Shown: in pieces, positions 8,297-14,570 of the stretch
Layout of the letters: every line of letters begins with the position of its first letter
Numbering within the stretch: position 1 is the stretch's first letter
Origin: an uncultured Gammaproteobacteria bacterium
Lineage (GTDB): Bacteria > Pseudomonadota > Gammaproteobacteria > UBA9214
DNA length: 14,570 bases
Direction: 5' to 3'
Assembly: GCA_963773065.1 (NCBI GenBank)
Contig: CAVYZN010000013.1
Span: forward strand, 1-14,570
Position numbers and translations under genes: made by a program
Notes under the pieces: model-generated
What the model saw: the letters and a program-made list of their open reading frames with translations, nothing else
Databases searched by the model: none
What the model was told of the DNA's origin: nothing

Positions 8297-9594
8297 ATGA
8301 CAGCGATCCCATATCAGGACATCAAGAGATTCCCTGCGTCAGCTCTACCTGGAAGACACCGGCCATGGCTCGTCGGCTTCAGCGGTGGCAAGGACAGCAC
8401 GATGCTCGCCTCGCTCATCGTTGAGGCCGTCGCTGTATCCCCGATGACCAGCGCAAAAAGCCGGTCGCCGTCCTCTGCACCGACACCCGTGTTGAAATCC
8501 CGGCCATCGTTGAAATGGTCGAGGGCACCCTGGCGCGCATGCAGCGCTTCTCCCAGCAGAACAGACCTCAACATCGAAGTCAATCTCCTCAAACCGCCGC
8601 CCGAGCAATCTTTCTGGGTCAACATCATCGGTCGCGGCTACCCGCCGCCCAACCGCACCTTCCGCTGGTGCACGCAGCGCCTGAAGATCGATCCCGTCAC
8701 TATCTTCGTCCAACAGCGCCTTGGCCACTGGGCGAGGCGATCCTGCACCTGGGCGCGCGCCGGGCGGAAAGTTCGACCCGCGCACAAACCATGGCCGGCC
8801 GCGAAAAGCGCAACGGCCTGAGCCGTCACCCGATCTGCCCCGCGTCTGGGTATCCAATCCGATTGAATTCCTCACTACCGAAGAAGTCTGGGCCTACCTG
8901 CTCCAGAAACCCAATCCGTGGGGCGGCGACAACCGCCCGCTCTACAAGCTTTACGCCAGCGCCTCCAACGGCGAATGCCCCATCCAGATTGACACCAGCA
9001 CCCCCAGTTGCGGCAACTCCCGCTTCGGCTGCTGGACCTGCACCGTCGTTGAGCGCGACAAGGCCAGCGAAGGCCTGCTCGCCAGCCGGGGATGAACGCA
9101 TGGAGCAGCTGATCGAATTCCGCGAAACACTCCTCTAATTCCGTGACCCCGCTAACGGCTGGCGCGACAGCCGCCGCATGAACGGCAACGACGGCCCCGG
9201 CCCGCTCCCATCGAAGCCCGGCGTGAACTCCTAAGACGCCTGCTCGCCTTGCAGGAAGAAATCGGCCTGACGAAGTCATCAGCCCGGAAGAATTCCTTCT
9301 GATTCAACAGACGTGGAAAGCAGCACGCGACCCCGACGATGGCCGGGCGTAGCCCGCATCGTCAACAAACAACGAGGTGTCATCATGAGTGCCGACCTGA
9401 AAGAACTGAACCGCCTGCGTGAACTGGAGGAGGAAGTCGCCCGCGAAAAGGCCATCGACGCGGATACACTCCGCCGCATGCTCGCCAAGGTGGAGGAATA
9501 CAGCGAAAGCCACCGCGCCCACGGCCTTCCCGACGACTTGCTCAATATCCTCAAGGATGACCTTGGAAGCCCAGGAGCGGGGGCGAGGAGCTGA
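8297..9594 (+). CDS. dndC: DNA phosphorothioation sulfurtransferase DndC (PAPS-reductase fold); several frameshifts and an in-frame TAA at 9136
   Basis: Motifs RPWLVGFSGGKDST, TDTRVEIP, SFWVNIIGRGYPPPNRTFRWCTQRLKIDP, LGARRAESSTR, EEVWAYLLQKPNPWGGDN, ECPIQIDTSTPSCGNSRFGCWTCTVVERDK and GPGP, all diagnostic of DndC. Confidence 0.93.
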
Positions 9595-9595
9595 A

Positions 9596-9818
9596 ATGCC
9601 AGAAGTTTATATCGATTCGCTTGACACTAGAAAATTTCGGTCCGTTCTACGGCGAGCACATATTTAATTTCGGCAGCCTCGCTGGCCGTTGCGGCATTCT
9701 GGTTGGCGGAAAGAACGGGGCGGGGAAAACCCATGTGCTGCGGGCACTTTATCTTGCCGTTGTAGGCGAAAACAGCGCGCGGTGCCTTGAATCGCGGCGA
9801 ACCGATTGTTGTGGTTGA
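9596..9818 (+). pseudogene. dndD: DndD-like SMC/ABC ATPase, only the N-terminal ~60 aa
   Basis: GAGGAG SD, then MPEVYIDSL(fs)TLENFGPFYGEHIFNF...ILVGGKNGAGKTHVLRALYLAVVGE. Has the L-x-NFG-x-F-x-G start and Walker A, and sits directly after dndC. Similarity ends near 9770. Confidence 0.8.
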
Positions 9819-9822
9819 CTGG

Positions 9823-10756
9823 ATGCCAACTGGTGCTGTCATCTCAGCATTTTCCGAATGCACGCGATGGCTCAACGTGCTAAGTGATCTGAATTACGAC
9901 ACGGCAAGTGGAATTGCGCCCCACAAACCACTGCTTCTTCTTGTTATCTGTGATTTGGCCGAGTCGGGAAAGATGGAATGAGCGATTCTCTATCGAGATG
10001 GTGATCTTGACACTTCGGTTCAGTTCTTACTGGAGGATCGTTGCCGACCGCAGACGTTCCAAGCCTGGACGACATCAGACTCCCGTTCTTTTATTTGCGG
10101 ACTGAAGGAGTATGGAAACCGCTTGAAGCTGACGGGAGACGGGCAGAAGACAGAAACCGCGCTGTGTTGGGCCAATTGGATGTCTCATACCTTGCGTGCC
10201 TGAAGAGCGAGGAATTCCGTACATTAGCGCGCCGAACGCTAATTGCGAAATACTTTGAAGCGCACGAACGGGCCGAACTCTATAGCCTTGTCGGACTTGA
10301 AGTGCCGCTAGAAGACATCGTTGCAGCAGATGCGACTCGTTTTCTACCGTCCGAAACGACCGGGACAAAACGCGATGCCAAGTTTTCTTTCGTGTCCTCC
10401 CAGCTTACGACTATACCTGCGCGTTGACGCGCTATCGGATGATTGCGACCAACGGAACAACGTCGCTTGACGCGGCGCACATCCACCAATTCAAGAAAGG
10501 CGGCAGCAACCACCCAACAAATGGAATCGCACTGTCAAAGACTGCACACTGGCTGTTTGCCCGCGGCTTCTGGTCGATCACAAACGATTTGCGCGTAATC
10601 GTTGCCGAACACCGTTTCGAGGAAGTAGGTGAGGACGCTTACTTGCTCAAAAAAATGGCCGGACGCGAGATGTTGCGTCCCACGAATATTCATTTTTTGC
10701 CTGATCCACAAATCCCTCCCTGGCATCGTAAGCATCACAAGTTCGAAGACCGATAA
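9823..10756 (+). CDS. SBD-HNH endonuclease (phosphorothioated-DNA-binding restriction endonuclease-like), frameshifted
   Basis: N-terminal APHKPLLLLVICDL...F..YW...IRLPFFYLRTEGVW is a sulfur-binding-domain pattern. C-terminal RDAKF...AYDYTCALT...DAAHI...GGSNHPTNGIALSKTAHWLF.RG...WHRKH is an HNH domain. Confidence 0.8.
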
Positions 10757-10919
10757 TGATTCACGTTAAGGAATTGTTGCGCGTAGGTTTCAAAAATTTT
10801 AAACGTGAAAGAAAAAAGGGGCGGAGGGGTGGCAGCCGTAAAAAAGATAAGGTTGAATAATTAATTCAGCGAAAACAGGCATCGCCATCAAATTCTCCAC
10901 CCATTTGGCATAAAGATTG

Positions 10920-11193
<274 letters not shown>

Positions 11194-11252
11194 CTTCTGC
11201 TCAGGGCGTTCGGATGATTCGCCTGGAGACTAAGTGATTGAGACGGCTGCGC

Positions 11253-11320
11253 ATTCCACTGAATCCTGCCACCCATTCCACGTGAAAGCTGCCACCCGGA
11301 CCACGTGAAGCCTGCCACTC
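11253..11320. repeat. IS21 right-end transposase-binding repeats (3 x 22-23 bp)
   Basis: attccactgaatcctgccaccc / attccacgtgaaagctgccaccc / ggaccacgtgaagcctgccactc. Confidence 0.85.
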
Positions 11321-11375
11321 AATCCAGCACCAGGCGGCCGCCTGTCGGAGCGAAGCGACGCGGGATGTGGCATTG

Positions 11376-12131
11376 TTACTCAGGGAGGTCGGTTCTTGTC
11401 AACTTCGCCTGGCGTTTTCGCATCGACTCCCCCTTCAGGTTGATGCGGTAGGCATTGTGTACGAGGCGATCGAGGATGGCGTCAGCCAACGTTGGATCGC
11501 CGATGACCTCATGCCAGTGATCGACGGGCAATTGGCTGGTGACAAGGGTGGAGCGGGAGCCATGACGGTCGTCGAGCAGTTCCAGCAGATCCCGGCGTTG
11601 TTCGGCGCTGAACTTGGCCAGCCCCCAGTCATCCAGGATGATGAGGTCGGTCTTGGCGAAGCTGCTCATGAGCGTGGGGAAGCGCCCGTCGCCATGAGCC
11701 AGGCCCAGTTCCTCGAACAACCTGGGCAGGCGCAGATACTGGGCGGTGTAGCCCTCCCGGCAGGCCTTGTGGGCGAGCGCGCAGGCGATCCAGGTCTTGC
11801 CCACGCCGGTGGGGCCGTTGATGATGAGGTTGAGCCCCTCGCGTACCCATTGGCAGGTGCTCAGTTGCCGCAGCAACGCCTTGTCCAAGCCACGGGGTGA
11901 GCGGTAGTCGATATCCTCGAGGCAGGCGCTGTGTTTGAGCCTGGCCTTGCGCAGGCGGGTCTGCAGGCGCCGGTCCTCCCGCGAGCTCATCTCCCGGTCG
12001 ATGAGTAAGCCGAGGCGTTCCTCGAAGGACAGTGCCTCGATGTCAGGCAGGCGCTGCTGTTCGGTGAGCGCCTTGTGCATGCCGTCGAGGCGCAGGGTCT
12101 GAAGCTTTTCCAGCGTGGGGTGGTGCAACAT
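11376..12131 (-). CDS. istB: IS21 helper ATPase IstB
   Basis: Intact 251 aa ORF with Walker A GPTGVGKT, Walker B LIILDDWG, and TSQLP...DPTLADAILDRLVHNAYRINLKGESMRK. Confidence 0.97.
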   Translation of the reverse strand: MLHHPTLEKLQTLRLDGMHKALTEQQRLPDIEALSFEERLGLLIDREMSSREDRRLQTRLRKARLKHSACLEDIDYRSPRGLDKALLRQLSTCQWVREGLNLIINGPTGVGKTWIACALAHKACREGYTAQYLRLPRLFEELGLAHGDGRFPTLMSSFAKTDLIILDDWGLAKFSAEQRRDLLELLDDRHGSRSTLVTSQLPVDHWHEVIGDPTLADAILDRLVHNAYRINLKGESMRKRQAKLTRTDLPE

Positions 12132-12152
12132 AGTGGGATCTCCTGTGTCAGG

Positions 12153-13695
12153 TCAGTGGTAGTAGTCCGAGCCACGGATGTTGTCGTGCTCGAGGCAGAG
12201 GGTGAGTTCCTGCTGTGCGGGCAGTGGCTGGCATTCGAGCCCCTGACGCAGGATGGACTCGATGCTCTTGTAGCTGCAGGCGCCCAGCAGCAGTGCCCGG
12301 CGACAGGCCGCCTCCAGGCGCTGCTCACCAAAGCCCTTGCCCAGGCGCATGATGCCCAGACAGGAGCGAAAGCCCTGCTGGGGATGGGCGCGGCGCTCGA
12401 GGATGTCCTGGATCACCCCGGCGGTGGCCGGCCCGGTATGTTCGGCCCAGCGGATGAGCCGCTGGGGTGTCCACTGGGCGTACTCGCGATGGGCCTTGGG
12501 CATGTGCTCGGGCACGGTGGTGTGGCGACCCGTGAGCGCAGAGCGGATGTGGCTGGCCACCCGTTGCCCCTGGTGGAAGCACTCGATCGTGTTGGCGCTG
12601 ATACGCACCTCCAGCTCGACGCTTCACCAGCTGATAGGGCACGGAGTAGTAGTGACCCTCGACCTCGAGGTGATAGTCGATGTGTACGCGGGCCTTCTTC
12701 CACTCGGCGAACACATAGGGTTCGCCCGGCAGCGGGCGCAGTGCCGGTCGGTCGAGCTGCTCGAACAGCGACTGACGGGAACCGGGCAGCTTCTTGAAGG
12801 GGCGGCGGTTGAGCCGCTCCAGCAGCTCGCGGATCGCCTGGTTGAGTTCGGCCAGTGAGAAGAAGGTGCGGTGGCGCAGCGCCGCCAGGATCCAGCGCTC
12901 GACCACCTGCACGCCGACCTCGGCCTTGGCCTTGTCGCGGGGGCGGCGCACGCGGGCCGGCAGCACCGCCACGCCGTAGTGGCTGGCCAGGTCCTGGTAG
13001 GTGGGATTGAGGTCCGGCTCGTAGCGATGGGCCTTGGTGACGCCACTGCGCAGGTTATCGGGGACGACCACTTCACTGACCCCGCCAAAGAACTGGAAGG
13101 CCCGCACATGGGAGCCGATCCAGTCCGGCAACTGCTGGCTCCAGGTGGCCTCGGCGTAGGTGTAGTTGGAGGCCCCCAGCACGGCGACGAAGATCTGTGC
13201 CGCCTTCACCTCACCGCTGGCCCGGTCCACGATCTCGACCGTTTGCCCGGCATAGTCCACGAACAGCTTCTCCCCGGCGCGGTGTGGCTGGCGCATGACC
13301 ACATCGAGCTTCTCTTCCCAGGCGCGGTACTGGCCGCAGAACCAGCTGTACTGAAAGCCCTCGGGATGGGCGGCCTTGTACTCCTGCCACAGCAGGAAGA
13401 GGGTCACGCCCTTGCGCCGCAGCTCCTCTCTGATGTGGGTCCAATCCGGAACGACGCGTTGCGATGGCGGTAGCGATGGCGGCGGTGGAAAAAGCTGACG
13501 ATCCAGGGTGGCATCGTCCAGCTCATCGGCGGCGGGCCAGCAAAGCCCAGCGTCCTCAAACCGCCGTAGATACTCCTTCACGGTGGGCCGGCCAATCCCG
13601 TTGCTGCGGGCGATCTGCCGGTTACTCAACCCGCTATCGAACTTCAATCTCAAGACATCTTTAATCTTACGCATGGATAACCTCTGTGCTGGCAT
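12153..13695 (-). CDS. istA: IS21 DDE transposase IstA, one frameshift near 12615
   Basis: [50 protein letters not shown]; continues in ORF 12153-12608 to [11 protein letters not shown]. Confidence 0.96.
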
Positions 13696-13777
13696 CTGCC
13701 CCGTCCTCAACCGTTGAAAACGGGGCAGCATACCGTTGTGGTTATCCCGCGCCAGGATCGCTAACTTCCCCTGTCCA

Positions 13778-13869
13778 GGGTGGCAGCCTTGCCATGGAAT
13801 AGATGGCAGCCTTGCCGTGGAATGGGTGGCAGCTTTGCTATGGAATCAGTGGCAGGGTTGGTCTGGAAT
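13778..13869. repeat. IS21 left-end transposase-binding repeats (4 x 23 bp)
   Basis: gggtggcagccttgccatggaat / agatggcagccttgccgtggaat / gggtggcagctttgctatggaat / cagtggcagggttggtctggaat. Confidence 0.9.
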
Positions 13870-13874
13870 ACGCA

Positions 13875-14465
13875 AATGGCTTTACGGCGGAGTAAGCGCC
13901 ATCCTGGGCATGAATTGTGCCGTAGCGACAGGTAATCACGGAATTCGACATCATCTCGATTTTCCCGCCGCTGCACCGTGCAGTGATACAGACTCCGCGT
14001 GACGGCAAATTCAGAATTTCCTTAGGGAAACAACACACCCGTCTCATTGTTGCCCACATCAGCGAGACACGGAAGTCTCATCCCGATGGTGTTTTCGAGG
14101 TGGCCAGTTTCAGCAAGCCGTCACGGTCACGGGCAGGTAGGTGAGCGATAGCCCTCCTTTTCCAGCGCCATGCATAGTTCAGCACCGAGGAATGTTCGAC
14201 CCCGACGTGACGATGTGCCGCTTGTTGGATTCGCCTTAGCGCGGCGTGAATCGCGGCGTTGTTCTCTCCGTTGCGCACGACGTGAAGATCACCTCGCCGG
14301 TGCGCCCCGATCAACTCGCCACCTGCGCGCGCCGTCTCTATAACCGATTCACTTTCGCGCCGAACTTGTACGCGCTTACGGATGCCCCATTCCGTTGTGA
14401 GGTACGGCATCATGCCTCCAGTACCCCGGCAGCATGGCGTCGTCGCTTGTGTCAAGGTAAATCAT
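13875..14465 (-). pseudogene. Cysteine desulfurase (IscS/NifS/DndA-like), 5' ~200 codons, heavily frameshifted and truncated by IS21
   Basis: Three-frame stitching from ATG 14465 gives MIYLD..ATTP, MMPYLTTEWG, SAYKFGAKV, IETARAQVA.LIGA, EVIFTSCATE.NNAAIHAAL, KRHIVTS.VEHSSVL, ALEKEGYR.TYLPV.RDGLL, SLMWA.NETGV, GKIE, DYLSL. These are class-V PLP cysteine desulfurase motifs in the expected order. Confidence 0.85.
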
Positions 14466-14493
14466 AATTTTATGGCAAATGTCAACTAGCAGA

Positions 14494-14570
14494 GAATAGG
14501 ACTTTTAAACGCCCTTTTCCGTCGACAAGAAAAGTACAGGGGGGCCGCTGGGCTGTCAAGCGCGCGAGAT
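14494..14570 (-). mobile_element. IS91-family oriIS-like end; element probably continues past the window
   Basis: Minus strand ends ...GGGCGTTTAAAAGTCCTATTC, resembling the G..TTGAAA.TCCTAT.C oriIS pattern. Close homolog of 6087-6145, which abuts an IS91 transposase fragment. Confidence 0.6.

Larger units (their letters stand above)
11248..13874 (-). mobile_element. IS21-family insertion sequence, 2627 bp
   Basis: Terminal inverted repeats TGCGCATTCCA (11248) and TGGAATACGCA (13874), TG...CA ends, ~23 bp subterminal repeat arrays at both ends, and an istA-istB operon. Confidence 0.97.

Noticed and set aside
4663-9138. In-frame TAA codons (4663, 5135, 6548, 9136) as stop-codon reassignment
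   Set aside because: The expected residues differ (about S, E, L, Y), each is one substitution from a sense codon, and TAA ends other genes normally (6037, 10756).
12600-12630. istA frameshift as programmed recoding
   Set aside because: No slippery A-run or heptamer at the site; a single-base indel explains it.
11367-13473. Long plus-strand ORFs antisense to istA/istB (also 7247-7825 and 8345-9554 opposite other genes)
   Set aside because: Shadow ORFs expected in GC-rich coding DNA, with no recognisable motifs.
13778-13869. 23 bp periodic repeats as a CRISPR array or iterons
   Set aside because: No unique spacers, and they are mirrored at the other IS end, so they are IS21 terminal repeats.
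14078-14455. 125 aa ORF as a novel protein
   Set aside because: It is a patchwork of in-frame and out-of-frame pieces of the cysteine desulfurase.

Overview
Mosaic accessory or defence region of a moderately GC-rich bacterium. The sequence is indel-rich, so most genes had to be stitched across frames, and it contains a homopolymer block at 10920-11193 that looks like an artefact. Left (227-6037): a minus-strand operon of an RraA/HMG-aldolase, a cyanophycin-synthetase-like ATP-grasp, a second carboxylate-amine ATP-grasp and an Ldh_2-family oxidoreductase, divergent from a 2OG-Fe(II)-type oxygenase. This looks like an uncharacterised biosynthetic cassette. Middle (6087-8208): decayed MNT-HEPN pair cut by an IS91-family remnant, IS scars, a hairpin repeat, a DUF2281/PemK-MazF toxin-antitoxin pair between two ~49 bp direct repeats, and an orphan 3' end of a PPK2 (pap) gene. 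Right (8297-14570): DNA phosphorothioation genes dndC and a dndD truncated after its Walker A motif, directly followed by a sulfur-binding-domain (SBD)-HNH nuclease of the PT-dependent restriction type. Then come a complete IS21 element (istA/istB), a frameshifted cysteine desulfurase (dndA/iscS-like) cut by that IS21, and a second IS91-type end. All product calls rest on motif recognition by eye; no database search was run.
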